Counted from the stretch's first letter, positions 26,201 through 39,822 are shown. The stretch: 64,000 bases of DNA from Ylistrum balloti (GCF_031769215.1 NW_026782569.1:372001-436000), one strand, 5' to 3'. Numbers and translations: made by a program. The notes: generated from the sequence alone by a model not told the origin.

Positions 26201-27629
26201 ATTATCTATCGATGAGTCTGTGAAGGTTCCCTAGAGATTTGCATATGCGTGGTTTGTTAGGTCACGTAAAGGGAAAATCGCACCTGTACAGGTATTGTAT
26301 TAATGAGCTCAGGTAGATAATACAGGTAGATTGATATATTATACTGTTTATAGTAGGCGTCTGTTAAAGTCATTAAACGTACAATCAAGTCATTCAGAAT
26401 GATACAGTAGAGACAAGCAGTCAATATAAAATCGTCTAAAATAGCAGCAACTGAAATATTAAAGAATATTACAGTTAAATTAAGCCATCCCCGACGAATT
26501 TAAGTTCAACGTCTGACGCTATCATGAAAACGGTAGTATTGTGGTTGTGTGTAGCTGTTATGAGGTCACTAGGTTCTCGTCATTGAGTCAGCTATCTTTG
26601 AGCTGGTACTAAACGTAACACTAAAATACTAACAATTATACCAAGGTAACTACCATTCACAACCATGCAGCAATACTAGGTTTACACATAATAGTCACTG
26701 ACCCTCCGTAAACGTTTAATTAGTACAAATAACCTTACCCTAATTACTACAAAGTATTTGAACCTCTAACGCTGATAGATCCAAGCGTAACCACTATTTA
26801 ACCACAATCAAAGCTCAACTAAACTAAGGCATCACACCAGAGATAAGCGCTTAGCTTTTACCGTTGATCTACCACTAGCCAGTAAACGTTCTAATTAAAT
26901 TACTACTTACTTAACTGATACCATTCTTAGACCTTGTAAGTCACACCTATCACAAATTCGATCCTATTCACTTCTTACCTTAGCATAACCAAAGCTAGCT
27001 ATTATAAAAATGTCCTTTATTAGCATCACGAATCAATCGTAATTGCATAGGTTATCGAACCTTTTACTCTCCAGCTGTCTTTAATTGACATGCTTTATAT
27101 AATTTATTTGTTTGTAAAGACACTAACAAATTAAAAACCTCTGCTAACCCACGTATAGCCAGCATTAGGGAAACCTTACTACCCACCGACTACCTCTATA
27201 CTGGCAACGACTTGGACCATGTGGACATATGTGACATCCAATAATGGCATGCGATATTACAGCATTTTATCATGGTTCACTTTCTTAATAAAACATTTCA
27301 AACCAGTCGACAGTCTATACGATACACATGTGTATATCATAAAAAGTATCATAAAACACAATACCGTTGCAAACTGACATTGTACATCCCATTAAACAGA
27401 AAATGCATAGATTACAGTCAATGGCATTTATTATTGTTGTGTCGATTTCATAAGAATTCATGTCCAGTATTCATGTTTTCACAGAAAGACAAAAGCCTGA
27501 GGATAAAAAAAAAATACGAACGTGTCAACATAACCATAATACAGATTCAATTCCCATAAAAGCTTGGGTAAATACATCAACAAAACAAAAGAATGACACG
27601 GATATTCCTGAAAATAACAAAGAGAATAA

Positions 27630-28070
27630 GACCAGGTGTTCAGGAAGAATAAGTACCATCTGCTTCATGGATGACGTTCGACATGTAGATCTTATTAATC
27701 GAAGTTAGCACCATCTCAAATGAGAACAAAGTATACAGCCACGGAATCACTGACTATGACGAACTGTACCTTTTGAAGCAATGCGTGATGAGTTTGTCTG
27801 TCAATTGATGACATCTGCCACGGAAATTATGATATTGGGAAAAAGGCTCTTGAATATAAAATCAACAGGTAGAGCCATAGGTTGATGATGCAGTTATGAT
27901 GCGATCCATAAATGAAAAATTCACTACAAAGAAATTGAAATCACACAGTTTAGGGTAAAGATGTCATTGCTTGTTGGACTGTAGGAAAAAATCGAGGTTA
28001 GCGGCTTATGTAAAAGAATGTGTCGCGTCCATGATTTCTAATGAATGTATTGCGTATCTAACAATAGCCC
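27630..28070 (-). mobile_element. Decayed Penelope-like retroelement: RT C-terminal/thumb region plus 3' segment
   Basis: The minus frame reads RYAIHSLEIMDATHSFT*AANLDFFLQSNKQ*HLYPKLCDFNFFVVNFSFMDRIITASSTYG...FSQYHNFRGRCHQLTDKLI. This aligns by eye with the PLE-type RT stretch RIYPxELEIKDTTD..SASYLDLxL....L.TKLYDKRDDFNFPIVNFPF..SNIP..PAYG. Confidence 0.7.
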
Positions 28071-28522
28071 CTATACTATACTTCTCCAGGATCGAGCAGA
28101 CAAGTATGATAGAACATATATAGACTTGATATCTCTGTTTGCACCCCGCAAAAAAAAAAAAAAAAAAAATATGCAGAGTTGAACACTCCGTTCTCGTTAC
28201 AATCAACACATTCCCACGAGGATAATTCTTTAAAGAAAAAAAAAGAATGAAACTTCTAGAAATCAATAGAGAAAGATGAATAATGCATGTAATTAAAACG
28301 CGTCCTAAACGCTTGTACCGGAACCAACAACAACATAAACAAAACTAATGATATACATATCAATAACACGATACGTTCATTACATTTATAAGTCTGTCAC
28401 CAAATACAGAATATAAACAAGAACAGAGCACAACTTAAAGTAGACCGTATCGCCAAATTACATGAAACAGTATGTAAAATAGTTCACTCTTAAATGGTTG
28501 TCTTGTGAGCTATATACCAAGA

Positions 28523-29171
28523 TCACGTGACCGAATCCACGTGCTGTCATGTCACCAAAAGGCTATGTTATTCTATTTGACGGCGCTCCAAAATGACGCT
28601 TGAGAGGTCACCGTTTTCTTACAAGGACAAAGATATGAAACCTATATGAGAAACATATCGCCAGTCTTAGTATGATAGGATGTTGAATTAATGATATGAG
28701 ATGTTCACAGATCCTAACAGATAGACGACATGAAAAAGGAATTTATGACCAAATACGAAATCGTGTTAATTGTACATTTACTATTGTACCCCAGTTAAGG
28801 GGTGTATGGTATGTATTTTATATTACACCGATGTTGGGTTTTGTGAAAGCCCCATAGCTTGATTTAGCATGTTCCTCTTTACAATGTTTTAACTCGGTTT
28901 CACAAACGGAAAGCCATAGTACACATGTACAACATAGGTTCATTACAAATCTATAAAGGTGAGTAATATCCGTACGCCGGGTAATACATAGAATCGACCT
29001 GGTCAACAATCTGCTCACTTTAGCACGAGTTGGTATTTCCAGGCAACCTTGCATTCGGAAGTATTGAATTCGTTTGCACTTAGATACCTTTATTCTGATT
29101 TACGACACGGTCATGGCGCATGCGTTACGTGTGACGTGCATGTTGGTTAAGAGATTGAAGAGCTGTGACGT
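28523..29171. promoter_or_regulatory. Loose cluster of housekeeping-promoter-type motifs
   Basis: TCACGTGAC (28523), CCACGTGC (28537), GCGCATGCG NRF1-like (29116), TGACGT CRE half-sites (29132, 29166). Confidence 0.2.
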
Positions 29172-31639
29172 TATCAAGGAATCTTAAAGGGGGATCTTCA
29201 AACCAGTGTCCGTAAATATATTGAATAATGAAAGCGTCTTTGAGATAAGATCAGATACACGCTTTGTTCTCTTTTACAATTCTTAAACTATCTCCAGAAT
29301 AGCCACAGGTGGTTAACTATTTCAATATTCGCCAGAATGCGCAAAGATTGAAAATACAACAAACAACTGAAAAGTAGAAACATATCAACACAATCATAAT
29401 CCAAACTCTGATTTAATAAAACAACGCCAAAATATGAACAAACGAGAGTTTTACACGGGAACTGTTGTAAAAACATTAGGATAATAGGACAATATATTCT
29501 CCTTCTTCATCGAAGACCATGTAAACTTTGGTAAATTCAAGCGAGAAATGTCACGTTCTCAAATTAGAACAAGATATACAACAAGGGAACATACAAAATT
29601 AGCGAGCATCAAATACATCCAGCTTCATATTGTATAGAGAAATATAATCATTCTCAATGAGAACACTATGTCCATCGAAAAACCTCCCTATAATTTTCAT
29701 TAACACACATCTTTTGAAATCTTGTGTTACGAGTTTCTCCATTTGGTGACAACGCCTTGTACAAAAATCGTAATAAGGTGAATAGACACCAATACTAGAA
29801 TATGTTGGATGAAAAAAAAAGAAGAAAAAAAAATTGAAATTTTCATCAAATTCAGAGACATTTTTCACATCTAATAAAATAAAAACATGTTTGTGAAAAT
29901 GTTAGCGGGACGGTACACTTTTATTTTAGAAATAAATAATGTGCCTGGTCACATTAAAGAATGCAAAAATTATCTAAGTCAATATATTCTTATTCTTTAC
30001 TATTACTTTATCCTTTATGGCAATGACAAACAAATTACGGCAATTCGCTATGTGCTGTACATGGAGTTATCGTTTCACCGACCATTTGTACCACTGATAC
30101 CGGCACAATTGTATTAACACAAGTTGCCAGACAGACCACTGCCCTCATAGAATAATAGACGTGCTTACGCTATATGCAATGAGTGGATTTGAGCAAGATT
30201 CTGCAAAGACCAATATCACACAGGTACTGGTGACAGGCATGGCTATTTACATAACACGGAGCTTTCTTTTCATCATGATTATGTCCCAAGTGTCGCCCTA
30301 AAACGACAGTAAGGGTCAAACGCATTTAACACTATGACGCTGTGTCTCGCTTCCAATTTGTTGGTGTATTCTATTATACAGACTGTCATTATAAATAGAC
30401 CCAAGATCCCTAGACAGCTTACAGATATGTGCAGCCATCGCTAACACTTTATAAACTAACAACACGAGCTGCTAGCCTCGATCTAAGGGCGAACCGCGTG
30501 AGGGCAGGGCTAGAGGGCGACGTCTGCGGACAATAAAACTAAACCAATCAAATTTATCGTCTGGCTCCCAGGGGCCCAATTGGATGTATATAACGTCCAG
30601 AGAGATGCAACATACGTGGTCCTACGAGATTATGGGAAACACGACAGCAGAATGGCGCACTATTGTGTATGAACTTCTTAATGGTCATCTTTTATACACG
30701 AAAGTCAAGACCACTTACTGATAAGGCGATCAGTTCGGCAGTTATGTCCAGCCTAAATATTTATGGACAGAACTTCACACATCTCTGTCACCCTACGTTA
30801 TCCGTTTCTACATCTTCTTCTTGTTAATGTTTCATAAGTATGCTAATATGTCAACAATGAAATAATTACAGCGAAATTCCAGTGAAATCAATGCCTTTGT
30901 AAACTCTCCATATGAAAAGCTTCATATATAGAAGTACTGGTCAAGTTGTTTCCTGCATAGTCAGAATACAAAGCCATATTATTCTAAACGATATCAAAAA
31001 TCTATATAATTATTGCCGTTACTATTGTTTACTTAATGGTCCCTCAAAACAGTCAGGATACAGGGTCCATGGTAGATAAAATGGTGCTAACGGATATATA
31101 ATAAATTTAACTGACCAAATACTGAACCAGTAAACAGCCGGTTTAGACTCTTCAATGTTCTATTAGTACTCTCTGTGGTGCTGTTCTCAGTGTACATTTT
31201 ACTGAAATGTCGTTCCTATATCACTTTGAAATAATACTCCTTAATCACACTAAGGTAATAATAAACTGGAATTTTGGCGTTTAGACTTAATAAAACAAAT
31301 CAGCACATTCATGAAATAATTAAAGTTATGGAAAGTTCATATAATATCGTTTTTTTTTTTCATTGAATGCACATTCTTAATATATGAATATCGAGTCTAA
31401 TGACAGGTAAGGAGAGCTTTGTCATAGCGCCTACCTAACAATTTTGACAACATTCACCGAGTTATTGGTTTCTCATAAAGATCTCATTGAGAAAATAAAT
31501 AAATAATAGGGTGATTTCTTTCTAAACACAATAGTTATATAGATAGTTTTGAGATTTACAAAACGATGAATCAATGTGAACAGCGCTTTTCAATTTGAAT
31601 GTAGAATTATGAATACAGTATATGTTCTAATGGAACTTG

Positions 31640-31680
31640 CATCATACACTGTTTCGTCATTCTAGGACTCGTCAGTGATG
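31640..31680 (-). ncRNA. Solo minimal type I hammerhead ribozyme, same family as 609-826
   Basis: Reverse complement: CAUCA, CUGACGA, GUC-CUAGAAU-GAC, GAAA, CAGUG-UA, UGAUG. It has a 5-bp helix I, intact core, 3-bp Watson-Crick helix II and GUA triplet. Helix III lacks one base of the ACAGCUGU palindrome. Confidence 0.78.
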
Positions 31681-32249
31681 TGGGGACAACTGATGGAAAT
31701 CAAAATGGGTTGAAATAGATATCAAAATTTCGATTTTTGTGTACTCAACATCTAAGAAAAGTACTGAAAATATGCATATTGAACTGAACGTTTATCTATC
31801 ATACCCTGTCATCATTAACTGGATAGCCTGCCGTAGTTTGTCTTCTACCGCTAGGCTTCACTGTGAAATATCAGGAAGATCGACATCTTAACGGAAATAA
31901 AATATACAGTATTCAGACTGATTGACCTTCTCAAAACGTAAATCTTTTAGGTGTTTAATTTCGCCGTGCTTACATTTTATTGACGTCTCAATTTCGACAA
32001 ATTGCCACAAAGTTGCGTGGCAGGACTTTTGGTTTCAATTTTCAGTTTCCCTATTGTGAATTTTCTTCTTCTGAATAGTAACATCCTGCATCTCCAACTT
32101 ACTGTGTTTTACGATTTGTGGTGGATTCGATGATATCCAAGGTCCTGGTTCCCATGTCGTTAAGTGACAATCAAACTCATAACACAAGAGACGCAATTAT
32201 ATTAACATTATGGGCATTTTACGTTTTTCATAAAGATCTCAATGAAATA

Positions 32250-32330
32250 AATCAAGGAAACAGAAGACGCTTACCCTCCTGGAACTATTGGTCCTATTCA
32301 CTTTGTCCTTTTTAAGGAGTCTCTGTGTAT
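32250..32330 (+). mobile_element. 3'-segment fragment of the Penelope-like family
   Basis: GGAAACAGAAGACGCTTACCCTCCTGGAACTATTGGTCC matches GAAGCAGAAGACGCTTATTCTTTAAGAACATCTGGTC (54862) and the reverse complement of 27630-27668. Confidence 0.5.
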
Positions 32331-34184
32331 TTTTTCTTATGCTAGTATTTTGGTCTACTTTATTGAATTTGACTTTGTATTTTGTTGACATCTTGTTGTT
32401 ATATTGGCCTCTTTATCTGCATACATCGTCATATATATGTAACATAGATTTCCTTACACTTTGATTTACATTGGGTATCCGGCAAAACGTACAAGCAGAA
32501 TCAAACCATGTATTCTGAAACGGTACAGGAAAATGCTTTTATTATCCATATCTTAATCATTTAGTCCAAATATGTTTCCATTTATTTTTAGTTTAATAAA
32601 GTAAAATAAGAGAAAACCTAAAAATGATGACATTACTTGAGGGAAAAAAACTTTTGTTCATAATATCACGTCAAAGGATATGTATTGTTCACTTGTAATA
32701 AAACTTAATTGATCAAAAAAAAAAATAGAATATTTATAACCTTCAGTCCCAAAATTTGAAGTCTTTCATCTTTATCTGTTACATTTACTCCTATGACCTT
32801 CCTTTGTGATATTGGACCAAAGACCATTGTTTTAAATGTTAAGTCTATTAGATATTATCTATCATAATTAGCCTTACATTTCTTTATGAAATAAAAAAAA
32901 ATCTTGGAAAATAAATTTTATTTGATTTTAGGACTTTTAGTTATAATTTTAGTCCTGAAGCCTAATTTATATCTAGATAGTCCAGGACAAGATATTTGTA
33001 AATATATTCTGTTTGACATATCATATTCACAATATACCCCCGAAAGACGAATGTAAAACCGTTATATTATATATCAGTTTTTTTCATTACATTAGTAGAC
33101 AAAGTAAAATCGAAATGGACTTTAAAGGGCTGTCAAGGGTAGTATCAGAACGAGAACACGGACAATTAATCAGTACAATCTCTTTGATGTGGATTTAATG
33201 TCCGTCTAACGTGCATTTCATTAAAATACATAGAAACAGCTTGATAAAAAAATAGGTTACTCAATGACGACAGGTAAATAGAAAAAAAAAAAAATTAAAT
33301 AAAATAAGATATCATCAATAAAACAATAAACTTTATCTCTTCTCTGTCAAATACTAAATTGTATCGAGCTATCCACGTACGTGTTTTTTGTACAATCACA
33401 GCGAAAACCGCGATTGTTAGGAAATTAAGCAGATGGCCACTTGACCTCAGCCTCGAGACTAAGATACGTCAAATTAATTATTTGTATCCACATTTGATTT
33501 GGAGTTGAATCATTGATATGGGAGTCTGGGACTGCTAGGCGTAGCGCGAGCTCCCGCCGTCTAATGGCCTCGAAGGCGGAGGAGAGCAGATTCACATAGA
33601 AAGCAAAATCTTGATTAATAAAAGACTTGAACCAGTTCCGACTGTGCCGAGCTAATCTTAACGTAGCTAGGTGTATTTCTTAACGTAATTATATTACATT
33701 ATAATTATTCCGAAAAACGTGATTAAACAGTATTTACTAAAACCTGAAATATATTTCATTTATTTTTATTTTTTTAACAATTTGTTTAAAATCAGTTTCC
33801 TTCATGTCATCAGTGATACTATACTGTTACTGCATTTTATCTATCAATACAAAAATAAAATCAAGGGGGAAAAAATATCCGACATGTTTAGCAAGGGTTC
33901 ATGCATCAGGACTTCGCGGCTTTCAATGACACACCTGCAACACTGAGTACTAGTTATTACAACATATCTTTGAAAAAAATATATGTATATTCATCATAAT
34001 TCAACTAGTCACCTGATCTAATAAAAAAAACCATCTTATCAGTGTTTAGAGATAAATATTGCTAAGTTTATATTAAAACCTAAGTAGGCCTGCCACAGCT
34101 GTCGATAATATATTCTCAGACTAGCAGCACTGTGTACATGTATGCTAAGTGTAGAACAGCTGTGTTTATGTTATTGTCAACATC

Positions 34185-34334
34185 ATGAAGACACACAGAA
34201 TCTGTAGACGGACGAACAAGTTCTACTCAACATACTTGTCCTCTGGTCGCGGACACGACAACATCGATCCGTATATCGCCCAGAATCTCCAGAGGACACT
34301 TAAAGCCAGAAACGTTAGAGTTAATTCATTCAAG
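34185..34334 (+). CDS. Candidate first coding exon, unidentified
   Basis: aacatcATG followed by 50 open codons (MKTHRICRRTNKFYSTYLSSGRGHDNIDPYIAQNLQRTLKARNVRVNSFK), ending at AAG|gtgtga. Confidence 0.22.
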
Positions 34335-37300
34335 GTGTGAAACAGCAGCGTTAACACTCAAAACAAACACTCCACATGAATCATTCCAATGTGCTGTTCC
34401 CGATTTAAGACCAACTTGTCTCATTTAACACAGCTCAATAAATTATCTCAAAACAATTGCTCATGTTATAGTTTCTTTGATGAAAGAATGGCGAAAAAAG
34501 GTGTTGTCAAGAAAGTCTGTTCTACAGTTTGGTTCAAAGAGATCCTGGTATCATAACAATAAAAAAAACTCACATCACCACCCACCGTTTTATTACACTA
34601 TCAAAAAGTACGGTACTGTTACTGTTTTGTCTACTGCAATGTGATGGCAGGCAAGAGGAATGTGTCTTTATCAATGGTTAGTTATCTTGAACTTCAGGTT
34701 TTATCTAGCGTTGATTGCTGCAAAATCCATCGGAACAACTAGAATTTTACTCTATATTAACACTCAAGGATTTAACTGGCTTTATTTGGGCAATTTCCGA
34801 AAGCATATATCAAGTGCTTCATTGTTAAACAATTAAATTTTTGTTAAACATACAAATCACAAAGCAGTCTGTGAGTACGTGTATATTATCTTCAATTTTT
34901 ATTTTCACAGTTAAATAAAAAGAAATTTGATAAGTTATTTGTCTTCTTAATTCATTGATTTTATTAATTGAATGCACAATTCCGTCAGTACTTGAAAAGG
35001 GATTTATAATAGAATGTTCATTTTTGTGCGTGATAATGTTAGGATGACGACTGGAAGCGGACTAGAAATGATACTGCGTTGTGTCTACTATCCTGGAGAC
35101 AGGGCCAACCACGCGAGTTACAACGGAGGAGGTGAAGGAATTTTACCTTATTAATTTAAAAGGAGATAGTAAATCTCGACAATTCTTTATATTAACGGTG
35201 TTAAACTCATTGGCAAAGGTATGTAACAAAAAATAAATTGTATTCAATCATGTGAAGCGTGGTCAGTATAAGAAGGAATGATAAGGCATCATAATACACG
35301 TCACTGGTCACTCGTGGTAATGTCTGTTAATAGCATTACCTTTATCAATGGACAGTGATACACAGTGTAGAAGTAATTGGTCACTTATTTTGGTAGATTG
35401 TAATCAAATTTGTTTTGGCCAGGATAAGCTGCTTTTAAGAAATTCAAAAGTATACTTGGTTTTAAGTGTCTCGGCACTCTGGTCTCTTGCATAAGGCACT
35501 AAGATCTCCTTCGCCGATCTGTTCCGCTCAAATACATTATAGCATTCTTTTACTGATTACTGAGGTTTGACTTTTAACAGACGTTGAAAATGTGATATTC
35601 AATTTACAGTAGGTGCAGTTAAATAGAATTATAGTAAAACTACAAAACAAAAGAAAAAAACAATAATGTGAGTTGTTACATACCACTTGTACTGGACAGA
35701 AACCCCAGTATGAGAGATGAGAATAATCCGATGAAAGCGACAGACAGCAACTTCAATTCCACACACCACTCCGCAGTCATTTTAAATTAACGTAGAACAA
35801 CTTCATATGCTTTATAATCACATAATTATCCATGTAGTTCTAGCACACAACACAGCGCGATCTTCCGTCGTCCCCTATTAAAAACACGCGAATCCATGTT
35901 TTGCCATTATATAAGTTTTCTACAAGCAAAATATATACTATTTTCAATATTTGTCGTTGATTTCAAGGATTAAAAAGTCATACCAATCTTGAGAAAAGAT
36001 AAAAAGTGGAATCCTGTTTTTGAGAGTAAATCCAAGCTGATCGGAGATGTAATAGCTGTGCCGACTTATCGCTTGTATTTTGCCCACGCCACGACACTGT
36101 AACATCAGTTTTCTATACCTCACGCATGTATGGGATATGGGCGTTCAAACGTGAAAAGGGAGTTTTCATTTGCAAATATCGACTGTATAGCTGAGAGCTA
36201 AGCGTTGGTATTGTACGTATGTATCAGCCACGCGGTCCAGGACGGGCCGTTTAGACTATATATAACCATCCACAAGTTGTAAGAGCTGATATCTTTCTGT
36301 TTATCACACAGATCTAATTCGAGCGGAAATTTCTTGACGTTTGATATATAGGTTAAAACGATGATTGGCGATGATATCACACCTGTCTTTATCGTCTGCA
36401 ATACTGTCAGCGCCTGTTACAGTGACAGCCAAGCTACTCTAATGACACAGCTACACAATACCTTCCTCAGACGTCATGGAAGAGCGTTTTGATACAGAGA
36501 TACTAGTTTGTCATTTCATTGCCATTAGAGCTGAGACTGCTTTTCACAGGTAAATCACACTAATAAAAAGGTGTTTTGCGATGATGGGAGGGAACATTTC
36601 ATGTGTCTTTATAAACTTAAGATTTTGAAATCGAGAGAGAATGACATGACAGCAGCATTTCAAGACGCAATGGGACCTGATATACATTTTGACCAATTAT
36701 TTGTCCATTCTCATGCTGAAAGTGTATACCAAAAACATTTTACTTATCAGACAACATGCAACAGTTGTACGACCCCGGCGGTTGCCTGACTGGCGAAGTA
36801 ACCAATCAGCACTGCCCATTAGTGGCAGAACACTGGGGAGACGAACAATCTATTTCAGTTTGTGTGGTTTATGTAACTTTGATGAGAACATTTCCAATCT
36901 GGAAAATTATCCCTTCCCAGATTACAAACTAGGTTGGTGGTCATTTGTTGATTTGTGCGGCTCGATATATACCGTTGTCATAATTAACTTTGAAAAATAT
37001 GTTTTAAGAATGATCGTACCTGCACAGATACGAGACGCGTGCAATTTTCAATAATCATTCGTGTGTTTAAACCGAAACTAAATGCACGATCTAGTAAAGG
37101 TCAGTGGTCATGGGTTATGTATTCAATACCACAGCTTCTTGATATGAATGTTCGTGGGTGTTTTTTTACGTAATACATAATCGGGAGGATTCTATTTTCC
37201 CTCTAGTGCTAAATTGGATCACTGTTGACGGTCGTGTCAAGATGAGCTGTAAGCCAAGCTAGCTTTGGTGAATTCAGCTATATAACAACTATTGATATTC

Positions 37301-38440
37301 ATCAAATGACTCGGGTCGTGTAATTTGGCCCGTAATTTCGAGACCCTCCAATGAAGAGTCGCTGATGGAATTATCACCAATTTCTTACAAACACGATGTC
37401 GACCTACCGAGTTTTTCGCTGCGTGATTGTAGATTGCATTTGCGTCTTTTCATTCTGCAATCATATTATTTATAATAAATTGGATTATTTTCCACCCATT
37501 CGTCAATGACTGAAGTATTAGTTATCGTGCCAGTACACACTTTCATTTACGGGAGTAAGTAATCAAGTGTAGTATTCAGCATTGTCTATAGGACTGTAGG
37601 ATTCTGTAGGAGCCATGTACACTGTAAACGCCATGCACACAATATATTTTGTTGCTGTAGAGGTCATAAACAGCATTGCAGATCGTTAAATTGCCTTCAG
37701 TTACTTACGGTTGGCCATAGTATTTCCTCGTTTTTTTTTTCTCCTTCTCCTCTTTGCTATCCTCTGCCTTTTACCAAGGCCATGGCATCGGATATTCATC
37801 TTTAATTGGAGTCAAATGTCACGCATTTAGGAACACGTGCTTCCGATTTGAGTGTGCCTTTTAACGAGTTAGTTATCTTAACAACACGAAATTGTCTCTT
37901 GTAACTACTGGCATTCTTACTTTAAACATATCAAGGTTGGGCCAAATATTAATCAGTCCTCAAGTAATTCAATCATGAAGTTAGTGACTCGTAACCTGTC
38001 GGGAAATTTGATAGGACTCCCACGCTATTTTTGTGTTTTGACATGTGTTTCTGTGTTAATTGGAACCTTCAGCGAGTGAAGGAGACCGCCCATTCTGTGA
38101 CTGAGATGGTTGTGAAAGGCGGTCCCATTTACCGGAACATCACCTCTATTACTCCATCAATCAGTATTTGTTTTCACCTCTAACACGTGGCATTAGGTAG
38201 TACCACTACCCGGAAGGACCATTGAGAAAAAAGATTGGAAATTTCTCTCAATCAGCTGCAACGCAAAACATTTAATATAGGTTAGAATCAATCTGTGAAC
38301 CATATAATGTACATCTTTCATCTCTGTTATAGGAGAATTTACTTAGCAGTGAACATAGTTATTCATTTTATACCTTCCTCATCTAGATTTTAACATTTTT
38401 GGTCGATTTAGATTACCCTCAGTCAATTCCTCGTATGACC

Positions 38441-38490
38441 ACTGCATCACTGACGAAACCTCGACTCGAGAAACAGCTGTATTATGCAGT
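38441..38490 (+). ncRNA. Solo type I hammerhead ribozyme, same family, degenerate helix II
   Basis: ACUGCAUCA, CUGACGA, AACCUCGACUCGA, GAAA, CAGCUG-UA, UUAUGCAGU. Helix I has 8 of 9 pairs, the core is intact, the ACAGCUGU palindrome is perfect and the triplet is GUA. Helix II lacks the canonical closing pair. Confidence 0.6.
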
Positions 38491-39691
38491 TTAATTCATT
38501 ATCCGGAACTAATCTAATTCTAAATTTGTAATAAAAGGTGCTAGTCATTTGTGTGCCTTTTGCACAATCTTGGAAGGACATGGATGTTCGGTTGTGCAGT
38601 ACAGGATTAATTAAAAAAAAATCTTTAGAAATGAATTTACTGATTTTTCAGGAGTCAACCCTTGTGACATGTTGAAGAGAGATTTATAATCTAATGATAG
38701 TTATTCGTGCCAAATATACTGAGAGACAGTCTATAGAAAGTTTGCATAGAAGAGTGTGAGTTTGCATGAGAAGAATTTACAACAATCATGAAATGTCCGA
38801 GAATTTTGATGTTGGAGAAAGATGTATTACAGGGACATTCTATATGTATCAATCACTATGCCCTCGAGTGAATTGTATTCGACATAAATCATAAACAACG
38901 CATTACAATATTGTATTTTTGAGATGCCATAGATTCGTCCCTTTGATGCTGATGTTTCAGTGCAGAATTTCTCCGAAGCATATCGACTGTTCAATAAGAA
39001 ACGATCATTGGTCTCTTATCAAAACACAAATGAAATATTACGTAATCTTTGCAGTAGACAATGTAACTCTAATTCTGTTCCTGTTTAAATGCTCTAGTTT
39101 CCGATGACGCAGCGTATATCACTAACATCAAGTCTAATTTAGAAAGATGTGATCAAAGCTATCGAAAACCATATTTCATTATTTTAAATTGCATGTTCGT
39201 ATGTTGTTTTTTTCAAAGATTACACTCATGATGAGTCTTGTTCCGTTTGAATTTTAATGTATTATTCATAGCAACACAAGAGTGCCTTTAGCTCTACACA
39301 AAGAAAGGGTCTCCATAAAGATTATATAAAAAGGAAGAAAATATGAGCGCATAACAGAGTCAAAACAAAGAAAATATCGGCTTGTTAGCATAATCTTAAT
39401 AACTCAATACAGAAAGTCGATAAAACACGGAGTTCACTGAAAATATATATCATTATAATTATTTGAAGAAGAACTCTCCGCTTATGGGAGGTGGGTGCAT
39501 GTGTTTGTGCAAGACTTTCTGTGATAATGCGGTTTTATATTGCTACTACACTGATCCACAGCGTCTCTGACAGTACGCCTCTGCCAGGGAGCAGAAAAAA
39601 AAACTTCCGGACAGGGGTGAACGGTTTAGTCAAGTAAAAAGCGACACAGTGTTAATGGAGACATTAAAAAAATATTTTGTTTTCTTTTCAG

Positions 39692-39822
39692 AGACCAACA
39701 TATTATATACTTGGTTCATATATAATCGCCATTTACGATCATGGAAAGCAGGCAGATCACAGAGTTCGATTATCAAACCTGCAAGGAAAACCACTGCAAA
39801 AGCTGAAGGAGAATAAGAACAG
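39692..39822 (+). CDS. Candidate exon (131 nt)
   Basis: Very strong acceptor ttttgttttcttttcag| and possible donor CAG|gtgtct. Frame 0 reads RPTYYILGSYIIAIYDHGKQADHRVRLSNLQGKPLQKLKENKN. Confidence 0.2.

Noticed and set aside
26560-27240. Recent NUMT, or ciliate-code (TAA/TAG=Gln) gene
   Set aside because: Stops remain under the mitochondrial code and no rRNA or tRNA motifs were seen. The best frame still has TGA stops and about the stop density expected at random.
28868-28958. Tubulin-like C-terminal motif in a candidate exon (FHKRKAIVHMY)
   Set aside because: Only a short RKA..H.Y match, a weak acceptor, and no other tubulin exons in the window.
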